Under the pieces are notes generated by a model. It did not search any database. It was not told the origin of the DNA and was given only the letters and a program-made list of their open reading frames with translations. Below, in pieces: positions 10,250 to 19,543 of a stretch of DNA of 64,000 nt. The DNA is taken from the IMG/VR virus record IMGVR_UViG_3300027804_000046, positions 64,001 through 128,000 of that record; one strand, 5' to 3'. The DNA comes from a virus. The translations under genes and the position numbers were made by a program. Every line of letters starts with the position of its first letter. Position 1 is the first letter of the stretch.

Positions 10250-11115
10250 CCAAGCTTTGTTTCTTCAACTTCTATCATAATGGTGATTTGTTTCATAGCA
10301 AGCCATTTGTTCGTGAAGTCATCAAGCATCTTGGCAAAGAGAAAGTCATGTATGCACACAACAAAGACCCTCGCGCAATCGAAGACTTAGGATTGCCACA
10401 TGTTCGTCTTGAAGGCATATCAGATAAGGTAAAGATATTCAGACCAAAAGATCCAGATATTCTGTTTGTGAATACTTGGATCGGTTCTTACTTTGACAAG
10501 TATACTGGTGAATGCACACTCAACTTCAACATGAAGATGTGGGCAGATATCTATGAAGATATCAATACGACATTCAAGAAAAAGATGAAGCTTGGTCCAG
10601 TGGAAAACTATTTGCCGTATGTTGATTACAGCAAGTATAATCTAGCTAATGCTCGTTCTTTTATTGACAGCGAACCAAGACCGAAGATATTGTTCTGCAA
10701 TGGACCAGCTATGTCTGGTCAGTGTCAATATAATGGTGACATGAGAGAGATAATTGGACCCCTCGCAGCACAGCATGAGAACAAGGTATTTCTTACAACT
10801 CATAAGCTAGATAATATCTGGTCAAATGTCATGTACACTGGAGATATCATTCAGTCTGATAGATGTGATCTAAACGAGATTGCATATCTTTCTAAGTTTT
10901 GCAGCCTCATCATTGGCAAGAACTCTGGTCCATTCTGCTATGCTTCTACTGGTGAAAACTTGAATGATCCTAACAAGACGTTCTATGCATTCGGTCATCA
11001 GGAATCAGATTGCTTCACGATGGGTATTCCAAAGAAGTCAAACTATATATTTGAGAAGTATGAAAGTCCAGGACAGCTTTATGCTTCAATCAGAAATCTA
11101 GTAGAGAAGGCATGA
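10246..11115 (+). CDS. Hypothetical glycan-cluster protein
   Basis: 289-aa ORF translationally coupled within the operon; GT-B-like end (IIGKNSGPF). Confidence 0.6.
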   Translation: MTKLCFFNFYHNGDLFHSKPFVREVIKHLGKEKVMYAHNKDPRAIEDLGLPHVRLEGISDKVKIFRPKDPDILFVNTWIGSYFDKYTGECTLNFNMKMWADIYEDINTTFKKKMKLGPVENYLPYVDYSKYNLANARSFIDSEPRPKILFCNGPAMSGQCQYNGDMREIIGPLAAQHENKVFLTTHKLDNIWSNVMYTGDIIQSDRCDLNEIAYLSKFCSLIIGKNSGPFCYASTGENLNDPNKTFYAFGHQESDCFTMGIPKKSNYIFEKYESPGQLYASIRNLVEKA

Positions 11116-11318
11116 CAAACTCAATCTGTACAAAGGTATGTGAATATGACAGTGAAGGATCATATAGAAGCGACGAAGAGAAAACTTGCCGAGGCTGCGG
11201 CCGCACGGCGTCAGAAATTACGGAATGGTTCTACGCGACCAGAGAACGCAAAGTCGAAATTGCCAAAGCAGCAAGGGCGCGGACAAAAGCCAAACGTGAG
11301 GCCGACAGGCAGGGGTAG
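11112..11318 (+). CDS. DUF1289-family small Cys protein
   Basis: C..VC...CRGCGRT..EI..W pattern. Confidence 0.7.
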   Translation: MTNSICTKVCEYDSEGSYRSDEEKTCRGCGRTASEITEWFYATRERKVEIAKAARARTKAKREADRQG

Positions 11319-11321
11319 ATA

Positions 11322-12314
11322 ATGAATAAAGTGCCCATAAGAGTTATTAGACGCGAAAACTATGATGTCGAAAGATATCACAATACGTGGTTTAACCTAT
11401 TTTTGAATCGTTTATCAAATGATTTTGATGTTGAATACTTAAATTGTCAAGAAGATGTCGTTTTCATTAGAGAGTTCTTTTATGGAGAAGAAAAAGGATA
11501 TCCAATATCTGATGTTGATATGATTTTGGAAAACAAACTGAACGGTGAAATTTGTTGCATATCGTTTACTGAATACTTCAATTCTTCTATTGTACATTAC
11601 ATGAAAAATCCAAGATTCAAGTCAATGATACTTGTGCATTTTAACTATCATCATTTATACTACTGGACAAAAAGAGATGATGTTGAGAACAAAATGAATA
11701 AGGTAAAACCTTGGATTTTTCCAGTTTATAATGAGTTTGATGTTGATCGTTATCGTGTTCTAAGAGATAATTCGGATCTAAGTGAAAAACTGTTTTTTAA
11801 AGGTTCGGGACTGGATAGCTACAGAATTGCCGTAAGATACCTATGTGAACAGAACATTATAGATTCATCAACGCACTCTCTAGATGACTATTTGCAAATC
11901 ATGGCAAAAAGTAAGATAGCTTTAGGCTACTATCAAGACTTAGATAAGTACGTTACACCTTTTGACTATCCTGGCGAATTTTGTTACAGAGATATGGAAT
12001 ATATTTCTATAGGTGTACCATTCATTCGGATTGAATATAGAGATAGTATCTTTAACGGTCTTTATCCTAACTATCATTACATTTCAATAAATCGAGAAGT
12101 TGCTTATAGTGCATTTGAGAATTATGGAAATGAAGGCGTAGCAAAACTCATAAGGGATAAGTATGAAGAAGTAAAAGACGATAGATATTTGTTGGACTTT
12201 ATTTCAAAGAACCAACGAGAATATTACGATAACTATGTAAGATGGCCAAATTCTGCAATTCTCGCATACAAACAACTTGGCTTGAACGATTGGTTAGATA
12301 TGGAGAAGAAGTAG
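11322..12314 (+). CDS. Hypothetical protein, possible glycosyltransferase
   Basis: 330-aa ORF; LFFKG and CYRDMEY pattern. Confidence 0.55.
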   Translation: MNKVPIRVIRRENYDVERYHNTWFNLFLNRLSNDFDVEYLNCQEDVVFIREFFYGEEKGYPISDVDMILENKLNGEICCISFTEYFNSSIVHYMKNPRFKSMILVHFNYHHLYYWTKRDDVENKMNKVKPWIFPVYNEFDVDRYRVLRDNSDLSEKLFFKGSGLDSYRIAVRYLCEQNIIDSSTHSLDDYLQIMAKSKIALGYYQDLDKYVTPFDYPGEFCYRDMEYISIGVPFIRIEYRDSIFNGLYPNYHYISINREVAYSAFENYGNEGVAKLIRDKYEEVKDDRYLLDFISKNQREYYDNYVRWPNSAILAYKQLGLNDWLDMEKK

Positions 12315-12315
12315 A

Positions 12316-12921
12316 ATGTCAGAAATCACAGGTCATACAGAGTATAAAAATTTAACCTCACAGCAACATAAAAATTTTTATGGTGTTTTTGAAAAGTTTA
12401 TCAGTGATATTAAACCAGAAAGAATACTTGAAATAGGAACCGCAGGTGGTGGCACAACTCTTGCACTAAACGATATCATGTTAAGCATGAATAAAACAAA
12501 TCGAATAAGAAGTTATGAGGTTAACGATAGTCCGTATTACAAAAAACTATATTCTGCTGGAATTGATCTTCGTATAGAAAACATTTTCAATCATGAATAT
12601 AACAAGTTAAGAAATGATACCAAAGAAAATGTTGTAGAATACATTCAGCGGCCAGGCACAACGTTAATTCTATGTGATGGTGGTCATAAGATTGGTGAGT
12701 TCAATGAACTATCAAGATATCTTAAAGTTGGTGACTATATAATGGCACATGATTATGCTGAGTCTCAAGAATATTTTTATGCTAACATAAAAAATAAGAT
12801 TTGGGATTGGTGTGAAATAACCGAAGAACACATCAAAGAAGCATCAGAAATGTATAATCTCAAAAGATACATGGCAGAAGAATTTCAGTCTATTGTTTGG
12901 GTGTGTAAAGTTAAAGAATAA
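12316..12921 (+). CDS. Class I SAM-dependent methyltransferase
   Basis: ILEIGTAGGG, CDGGH and IMAHD. Confidence 0.75.
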   Translation: MSEITGHTEYKNLTSQQHKNFYGVFEKFISDIKPERILEIGTAGGGTTLALNDIMLSMNKTNRIRSYEVNDSPYYKKLYSAGIDLRIENIFNHEYNKLRNDTKENVVEYIQRPGTTLILCDGGHKIGEFNELSRYLKVGDYIMAHDYAESQEYFYANIKNKIWDWCEITEEHIKEASEMYNLKRYMAEEFQSIVWVCKVKE

Positions 12922-12936
12922 TTTTTGAGGTAGATA

Positions 12937-13635
12937 ATGACAGACATTAAAACATTTGGACTTTTTCCTGTGCCTGTTAGTATGGCAAACTTCGGTGAAG
13001 ATTCTAAAGAATTGAATGAGAGTTTGATTGCAGATATTTTTTCTGAACAAGCAATGAACCCTATTCCTGCAGGCAGATCAGCCATAGATGGATGGCAGTC
13101 TGATGGAAACATGGATGAAAAATATGAGAGTTTTGCCATTCTTCGTGAGAATATCAAGACTATAATATACTCATTATTACCAAGTTATGGATTTGCTTAT
13201 GATGGTTCATATGATGATATCTTTGACTGCGGTATGCTATGGGCAAATACATTAACACAACACTCGGCATATCATATACCACATATTCATGGAACAGGTG
13301 AGACACTATTCTCAGGTGTATATTATCCCACATCTGGACTAACATCACAACATGAAGACTATTATCCAGAGGAAGATTATAGTGATGTAGAAATACGAGC
13401 ATCCTCTGTTCCTGAATCTGGCGATCTTTTCCTGTTTGATCCTGCTGCTGCACAAAAACGCCAAGTTATTCCTGCGTTTGTTCAAAGATATCCATATTAT
13501 GGTTCAGAGATTTGCATTCGTCCAAAGAAGGCACATCTCATTATCTTTCCTAACTATCTAACTCATATGGTTGCGCCAATAAGACTAAACGGTTTTTGCA
13601 GATTGAGCATTTCATTTAGTCTGAGAAAGAAATGA
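12937..13635 (+). CDS. 2OG-Fe(II) oxygenase (TIGR02466-like)
   Basis: WAN..HIPHIH..SGVYY..IIFPNYLTHMV..RLSISF. Confidence 0.8.
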   Translation: MTDIKTFGLFPVPVSMANFGEDSKELNESLIADIFSEQAMNPIPAGRSAIDGWQSDGNMDEKYESFAILRENIKTIIYSLLPSYGFAYDGSYDDIFDCGMLWANTLTQHSAYHIPHIHGTGETLFSGVYYPTSGLTSQHEDYYPEEDYSDVEIRASSVPESGDLFLFDPAAAQKRQVIPAFVQRYPYYGSEICIRPKKAHLIIFPNYLTHMVAPIRLNGFCRLSISFSLRKK

Positions 13636-15323
13636 ACGACTTCACATTAGTTACTGGTCTATGGGATATTAAAAGAGGTGATCTAACAGATTTTAATCGT
13701 TCGTTTGATCATTACTTGGAAAACTTTGACAGGTTGTTATCATTAGATTTCAACATGTGCGTATATGTTCCTAATGAACTTAGAAGATTTGTTGACATGC
13801 GAAGACTGTCGGCAAATACTAAAATCTATATCAAAGAACTGGAAGAGTTTCGACAGAACTTTGAGTTTTTCAAAACAACTAATGAAATAAGAATAAAAGA
13901 GTCCTGGTACAGCAGAGCAGAGTGGCTAAGAAACTCTCCTCAAGCTAAACTTGAATACTACAATCCTATCGTAATGTCTAAGTATTTTATGATTCATGAC
14001 TGTTCTATTTTTAATCCATTCAATACAAACTATTTCTTTTGGATCGATGGCGGACTAACTAATACAGTAGACTTAGGACAGTTAAGAAATCTTTCAACGA
14101 TAAAAGAGTATGTTAAGTCTGTCAATGACAAACTATTGTTTTTATCTTATCCTTATGAGAACGAAAATGAAGTTCACGGATTTGAGAGTTCTAAGTTTGC
14201 AGAATATTGCGGTGTAGAGAAAACGACATATGTTTGTCGTGGTGGTTTTTTTGGTGGACATAAAGATAAGATAAAGAGGTTCAATGGTGAATATTATACC
14301 ATAATGAGAGAAACACTTTCTTCTGGCTATATGGGAACAGAAGAAAACTTTAATACCATCTTATCATATAAACACCCAGAAGAAATACACAACTTTAAAC
14401 TGGACTCTAGCGGTCTAGTATATCCATTTTTTGAACATCTATCAACTATCAAGAAAGAGTCGAGATCCAATTCTGATCTTATTCCATGGGACAAGCATAA
14501 GCAGATTGAAGATATAAAAACATCTCTGTATGTTTTGACTTTTAATAGTCCAGAACAGTTTAAGACTTTGATAGAGACTTATGAAAAGAATGATCCATTG
14601 TTCTTGACAAAGACGCGCAAGATACTGATTGATAACTCAACAAACAAAACAACATATTCAACATACAACGAATTGTGTAGAAAATATGGATTTGAACATA
14701 TAAAGAAAGAAGAAAATCTTGGTATATGTGGAGCAAGACAATATGTTGCTGAACACTTCAATGAGAGCGACTCGGAATATTATATCTTCTTAGAAGATGA
14801 TATGAACCTTGGTGATAAAACAGAAGAACTATGTGTATCAGGATATAAGAAGTGGATAGATGATCTATATTACAAATCTCTTGCAATCATACACAAAAAC
14901 AAGTATGATTATTTGAAATTGTCGTATAGTGAATTTTACGGAAACAATACTACTCAATGGGCATGGTATAACGTTCCGCAGAATGTAAGAGAAGAATATT
15001 TTCCAGATAAAAGTAGTTTACCAGAACAAGGATTAGATTCTGACGCGCCAAAGACGGAAATCTTTCGAGAGAAGAGATATAAAGACTTGAAGTATCTTGA
15101 GGGTAATTTTCACTACTGTAACTGGCCACTTTGGTTTTCCAAAGAAGGTAATCAGAAAGTATTCCTTGATATAAAGTGGGAAAGACCCTACGAACAAACA
15201 TGGATGAGTAATGTTTTCCAAATGCAAAAGCAAGGAAAGATAAAGTGTGCAACATTGGAATTAAGTCCAATATTCCATCATCGATTTGATTTTTATGCTG
15301 ATGAGGAACGAAAAGAGTCTTGA
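13632..15323 (+). CDS. HtrL/YibB-like glycosyltransferase fused to a GT-A domain
   Basis: TLVTGLWDI, FFWIDGG and GGFFGG; second domain IDNS..YIFLEDD. Confidence 0.7.
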   Translation: MNDFTLVTGLWDIKRGDLTDFNRSFDHYLENFDRLLSLDFNMCVYVPNELRRFVDMRRLSANTKIYIKELEEFRQNFEFFKTTNEIRIKESWYSRAEWLRNSPQAKLEYYNPIVMSKYFMIHDCSIFNPFNTNYFFWIDGGLTNTVDLGQLRNLSTIKEYVKSVNDKLLFLSYPYENENEVHGFESSKFAEYCGVEKTTYVCRGGFFGGHKDKIKRFNGEYYTIMRETLSSGYMGTEENFNTILSYKHPEEIHNFKLDSSGLVYPFFEHLSTIKKESRSNSDLIPWDKHKQIEDIKTSLYVLTFNSPEQFKTLIETYEKNDPLFLTKTRKILIDNSTNKTTYSTYNELCRKYGFEHIKKEENLGICGARQYVAEHFNESDSEYYIFLEDDMNLGDKTEELCVSGYKKWIDDLYYKSLAIIHKNKYDYLKLSYSEFYGNNTTQWAWYNVPQNVREEYFPDKSSLPEQGLDSDAPKTEIFREKRYKDLKYLEGNFHYCNWPLWFSKEGNQKVFLDIKWERPYEQTWMSNVFQMQKQGKIKCATLELSPIFHHRFDFYADEERKES

Positions 15324-15379
15324 CAACTTGGCTGGATATGCTAATATGTCCATACTAACAAACACACAGAGGAACACAA

Positions 15380-15610
15380 ATGCCTACTTTTGAACAAACG
15401 GTTTATGTTGATGTAGATGCCGATGATTTTGATGATGACGATCTGATTGACGAACTAGAAAGACGCGGTTATACTGTTACTAAAGATCCTGCCGCAGATG
15501 CTTGTTTCGTTGATGTTGCTTGGCATATTGAACGTGGAAATTTAAAGGAAGCGTTGATCCTTCTTGAACGTGAATTGCCTGAACTAAAGGGTATCTCTAG
15601 ACTGAACTAA
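15380..15610 (+). CDS. Hypothetical protein
   Basis: GAGG SD; upstream TTGACA promoter-like element near 15320. Confidence 0.7.
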   Translation: MPTFEQTVYVDVDADDFDDDDLIDELERRGYTVTKDPAADACFVDVAWHIERGNLKEALILLERELPELKGISRLN

Positions 15611-15621
15611 ATACAAACAAT

Positions 15622-15695
15622 GCGGGGTTGGTATATGGGTTGTGCCCTAGCCTTCCAAGCTAGTGAAACGAGTTCGAATCTCGTACTCCGCTCCA
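15622..15695 (+). tRNA. tRNA-Gly(TCC)
   Basis: Cloverleaf with CTAGC-cttccaa-GCTAG arm, GTTCGAATC and encoded CCA. Confidence 0.92.
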
Positions 15696-15715
15696 ATTTT
15701 ATAATGAGGTGATAC

Positions 15716-15955
15716 ATGCTTTGGCTTATCGTTTTGAATACCATGATGAATGACGGCACTCTCTACACCGACATTCGCACTCCAAACAAACCAGAATTTA
15801 ACAATGAACAGTCTTGCAAGGAAGCAGGACAAATTCTTGTTGATCAGTTGCAACTTGAAGTCGGCACAAACGCTGGTCGCACATACTACATCTGCAAGGC
15901 AATTCCATTTGAGGACATTACGGCAGCCATCGGTAAGGGTGGAAGCGGCACCTGA
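15716..15955 (+). CDS. Hypothetical protein
   Basis: GAGGT SD; 79 aa. Confidence 0.7.
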   Translation: MLWLIVLNTMMNDGTLYTDIRTPNKPEFNNEQSCKEAGQILVDQLQLEVGTNAGRTYYICKAIPFEDITAAIGKGGSGT

Positions 15956-15967
15956 TTTGACATTTAA

Positions 15968-16723
15968 ATGAAGAAAAAGGTTAAACACTACAACTCGATT
16001 TTCATATCAGACATTCACTTGGGTAGTGAGGGTTCACAGGCTGATATTGTCAATTCTTTTTTAAAGTATCATTCATGTGATAATCTTTTTCTTGTCGGCG
16101 ACATCATAGACGGTTGGAAGTTAAGAAAGCGAGTATATTGGCCACAGTCACACTCGCTCGTTATTCGCCAGATAATCAATAAGCAAAGACACGGTTCTAA
16201 CGTTGTTTATCTGACAGGCAATCATGATGAGTTTTTAAGAGATTGGACCGATATCTCAATTGATATTGAGTCTATTGAAATTAAAGACATGCACGACTAT
16301 CAAGCATTGAACGGTAAAAGATATTTGATTGTTCATGGTGATTTGTTTGATGGTGTGCATAAGGTAGCAAAATGGTTGAGTTACCTAGGCGATAATGCAT
16401 ATACTGTCCTTTTGAAGTTGAATCATTACTACAACAAACTAAGACACTTATTTGGATTTGGATACTGGAGTTTATCTGCGTATCTTAAATCTAATGTAAA
16501 AGGTGCTGTCAATTTCATTTTTGATTTTGAAAGCACTCTTTCCGATTATTGCAAATCTCAAGGATATGATGGTGTTATTTGCGGTCATATACATACTGCT
16601 GTAATTAAGCAAATCAATGGAGTCGAATATATGAACTCTGGTGATTGGGTTGAAAGTTGTACAGCACTTGTAGAAAATATGGACGGATCTTGGGAGATTG
16701 TTAATTGGACTTCAAAAGAATAG
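15968..16723 (+). CDS. plcP: PlcP-type phospholipase C (LpxH-like metallophosphoesterase)
   Basis: FISDIHLG, LVGDIIDGW..YWPQ, GNHDEFLR, HGDLFD, GVICGHIH and NSGDWVESCTA; adjacent to a GT4 gene. Confidence 0.8.
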   Translation: MKKKVKHYNSIFISDIHLGSEGSQADIVNSFLKYHSCDNLFLVGDIIDGWKLRKRVYWPQSHSLVIRQIINKQRHGSNVVYLTGNHDEFLRDWTDISIDIESIEIKDMHDYQALNGKRYLIVHGDLFDGVHKVAKWLSYLGDNAYTVLLKLNHYYNKLRHLFGFGYWSLSAYLKSNVKGAVNFIFDFESTLSDYCKSQGYDGVICGHIHTAVIKQINGVEYMNSGDWVESCTALVENMDGSWEIVNWTSKE

Positions 16724-17709
16724 TTATCGTAACCGATGCTTGGGAACCACAAGTCAGTGGTGTTGTCACTACACTCAAGAAAATGGTAGAGTTTGCTAAG
16801 AAAGATGGATACGATATCGTTGTTATTCATCCTGGCTTGTTTAAGAGTAAATTTTACTTTAAAGTTTATCCTGAAATACCATTTACTATTCCTTTTGGAT
16901 TGTCTAAGCATCTCAAATATAAAACAGATACAGTTTATCATATCGCAACTGAAGGACCATTAGGTCTTGCCGCTGCATTTATTTTAACGTTCAAGAATAG
17001 AAGATATACTACATCTTATCATACAGACTGGTCAAAACTTATGAAAGATGTGGGCGGTATTCCTGAATGGATTACCAGGGCTTACATTAAGTGGTTTCAT
17101 AGAAAACGTAAAGTCTTTTGTCCCACTGAAACAATCAAACGGTTTATGATTGACAATAAAATTGGTCGCAGACAGATTATCTGGCCAAGAGGTGTTGATC
17201 CAGAAATCTTTACGCCTAGAATAAAAGCATCTCTAAAAGGTACTAAAATTCTACTCTCTGTTGGCCGTATATCAAAAGAAAAAAATCTAGATGCTTTTTG
17301 CCAGTTGCCGAACAAATATAAAAAGATTGTTGTTGGTGATGGTCCATACAAAGAAGAACTAGAAAGAAAATATCCTGATGTAATCTTTGTCGGTTATAAG
17401 TTTGGCGCAGAACTTGCAAACTATTATAGACAAGCAGATTGTTTTGTCTTTACCAGCAAAGCAGACACGTTTGGTGTTGTTATGATTGAGGCTATGTATT
17501 GTGGAACTCCTGTTGCTGCATATCCTGTTCAAGGTCCAATCGATGTGGTTGATAACAAGCACACAGGAATTTTAGATGAAAGTTTAGAGACGGCAATTAA
17601 AAAGTGCTTGACACTATCAAGAAAAAAGTGTAGTATTACAGCCAGAAATAGTTGGTCTTGGGACACCGTTTGGTATACATTTGTGAACAACTTGGAAAAA
17701 GATAAATGA
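16705..17709 (+). CDS. GT4 glycosyltransferase, Agt-like glycolipid synthase
   Basis: VTDAWEPQVSGVV, YPEI, HIATEGPLG, TTSYHT, VGRISKEKNL and DTFGVVMIEA. Confidence 0.82.
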   Translation: MDFKRIVIVTDAWEPQVSGVVTTLKKMVEFAKKDGYDIVVIHPGLFKSKFYFKVYPEIPFTIPFGLSKHLKYKTDTVYHIATEGPLGLAAAFILTFKNRRYTTSYHTDWSKLMKDVGGIPEWITRAYIKWFHRKRKVFCPTETIKRFMIDNKIGRRQIIWPRGVDPEIFTPRIKASLKGTKILLSVGRISKEKNLDAFCQLPNKYKKIVVGDGPYKEELERKYPDVIFVGYKFGAELANYYRQADCFVFTSKADTFGVVMIEAMYCGTPVAAYPVQGPIDVVDNKHTGILDESLETAIKKCLTLSRKKCSITARNSWSWDTVWYTFVNNLEKDK

Positions 17710-17870
17710 AACACATCGAAGTAAGTGATTTCATAGAACATGAAGATGGTTCTGCTACCATTACTATCACAATGGATTACGAAATTATTCTCTTCTTTGC
17801 GAAGAAGTCCCTTCTTGCAACTTTAATTGAAGCGGCTAACGAGGCAAAAGAAGATGAAAGTCAAGATTAG
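17706..17870 (+). CDS. Small hypothetical protein (54 aa)
   Basis: MKHIEVSDFIEHEDGSATITI..; overlaps neighbouring genes. Confidence 0.6.
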   Translation: MKHIEVSDFIEHEDGSATITITMDYEIILFFAKKSLLATLIEAANEAKEDESQD

Positions 17871-18444
17871 TAAATATCCTACAGACAGATTGATATGTAG
17901 GATTCATGACCGTTACATGAACAAGAAGTACGGTCACGTTTGGCCTCATCCTTCAACACCAACTAAGATTGAAAACTTCTTAGAGTTGATTGAAGGAATC
18001 ATTCAGTCGTTCTATGACGTAACGATTAATCCTATCATCAGACATCGTAAGCGAAAGATTAGTGTTCGTATTGATGATTGGGATACCTGGAGTGCTGATG
18101 TTACTCTAGCCTACATCATTCATCCTATTCTTCTAAAGATTAAAGAAGGTAAGTTTGGCACTCCATACACCTATCGTGAAGATGCGCCCGATGATGTTAT
18201 CTATGATGATCGCACCGAAGATGATGATTGGGATCGACCCTTTAACGCAATGCGCTGGCATTATATTCTTGATGAGATGATTTTTGCCTTTGAGAAAATC
18301 AAAGACGGAGAATGGGACTTAGAAATCTACGAGAGACATAATGGTTGGACTACCGAAGCCCTTGAGGAGCGTGATGAAATTCAAAAGCGTATTAACAACG
18401 GGCTTCGTCTCTTTGCTAAATATTATCAGAGTTTGTGGACATAA
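17854..18444 (+). CDS. Hypothetical phage protein
   Basis: ORF with IDDWDTWS..RWHYILDEMIFAF. Confidence 0.75.
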   Translation: MKVKISKYPTDRLICRIHDRYMNKKYGHVWPHPSTPTKIENFLELIEGIIQSFYDVTINPIIRHRKRKISVRIDDWDTWSADVTLAYIIHPILLKIKEGKFGTPYTYREDAPDDVIYDDRTEDDDWDRPFNAMRWHYILDEMIFAFEKIKDGEWDLEIYERHNGWTTEALEERDEIQKRINNGLRLFAKYYQSLWT

Positions 18445-18446
18445 AA

Positions 18447-18662
18447 ATGGCATGTAATTCGTGTAGCAATAATGATAGTTCGAACTCTCTCTTCCTGAAA
18501 GAGGGATCTTTCTATATTCTTGGACAATACGGCTCACGATATGACATGGAACTTTATGCTCTCAAAAGAGCCACATATTCTATCGGTGATATTTGTGATG
18601 ATTGTGTGAGACAACTAATCAATGAAGGCGTTGCACAAAAAATACAGGACGGAGTTTGGTGA
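18447..18662 (+). CDS. Small Cys-containing hypothetical protein
   Basis: CxxC...CxxC. Confidence 0.55.
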   Translation: MACNSCSNNDSSNSLFLKEGSFYILGQYGSRYDMELYALKRATYSIGDICDDCVRQLINEGVAQKIQDGVW

Positions 18663-18830
18663 TGTTAGGATGGAAGTACAACGAAAGTATTCTCAGAACC
18701 TATATGACTGAACACGCAGAAGACATGGGCAGATTTTGGGCTGAGATATATAAGAATACGCCTAGTTTTTATGAGAACTTTATGCGAGGATTTCTAGAGG
18801 AACTAAACAAACCCAAGAAGGAATAGCAAA

Positions 18831-19031
18831 ATGGCATATCAAACTATTTCCGAAGAGATTATCCGACAAGCAGCAGAGATTATGGGCCCAGATAGCAACT
18901 TTCATGTTGCTTTAAAATGGGGTGAAGAGTATAGACAAGCGGGCATGAACCCTGTATACTATACAGACGATTCTGAAAAGATGGTATTTGTTACTACAGA
19001 AGAAAAGATGAACGGCACTAAGTTTAATTAA
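18831..19031 (+). CDS. Hypothetical protein
   Basis: AAGGA SD; 66 aa. Confidence 0.65.
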   Translation: MAYQTISEEIIRQAAEIMGPDSNFHVALKWGEEYRQAGMNPVYYTDDSEKMVFVTTEEKMNGTKFN

Positions 19032-19046
19032 GATTGGAGTTTTATA

Positions 19047-19229
19047 ATGAATATTCTTGAGACGCAATGGAAGCAGCGAACACACGATAGCAAGTGGGAA
19101 AAACTTGCTAAGGTTATGGACTACGAAAACAAGTATGTCTATAAGAGCGAGTCGGGTTCTAATCTGACTTACATTCCTACCAAGTGGATGACAGTCGGTG
19201 TGTTTGATTATGTAGGAGAACTAGAATAA
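19047..19229 (+). CDS. Hypothetical protein
   Basis: GGAG SD; 60 aa. Confidence 0.65.
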   Translation: MNILETQWKQRTHDSKWEKLAKVMDYENKYVYKSESGSNLTYIPTKWMTVGVFDYVGELE

Positions 19230-19543
19230 TGGCTGCGAATGTGAAGATACTCAAGTTAATTACTGGTGAGGAACTGCTTGGTGAAATGCTACCAGGTGGA
19301 CCCTCAGTTTGTGAAATCAAAAACCCTGTTCGTATCGTTGTGATGCCCAACAAGATGGATCCTAAGACTCCAAATGTTGGCTTTGCTCCTTGGGCAGAAT
19401 TTAGTGACCAGAAAACTTTTATTATTGACAAGTCTCATGTATTGTGTATAATAGAGCCAATTAAAGAGTTCGTCAATCAATACAATTCCATGTTTGGCGG
19501 ACTTGTTCTTCCGACTTCCAATTTGATTAAGCCAGGAGCATAA
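19229..19543 (+). CDS. Conserved T4-like small protein upstream of gp43
   Basis: KLITGEELLG motif; coupled to gp43. Confidence 0.75.
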   Translation: MAANVKILKLITGEELLGEMLPGGPSVCEIKNPVRIVVMPNKMDPKTPNVGFAPWAEFSDQKTFIIDKSHVLCIIEPIKEFVNQYNSMFGGLVLPTSNLIKPGA

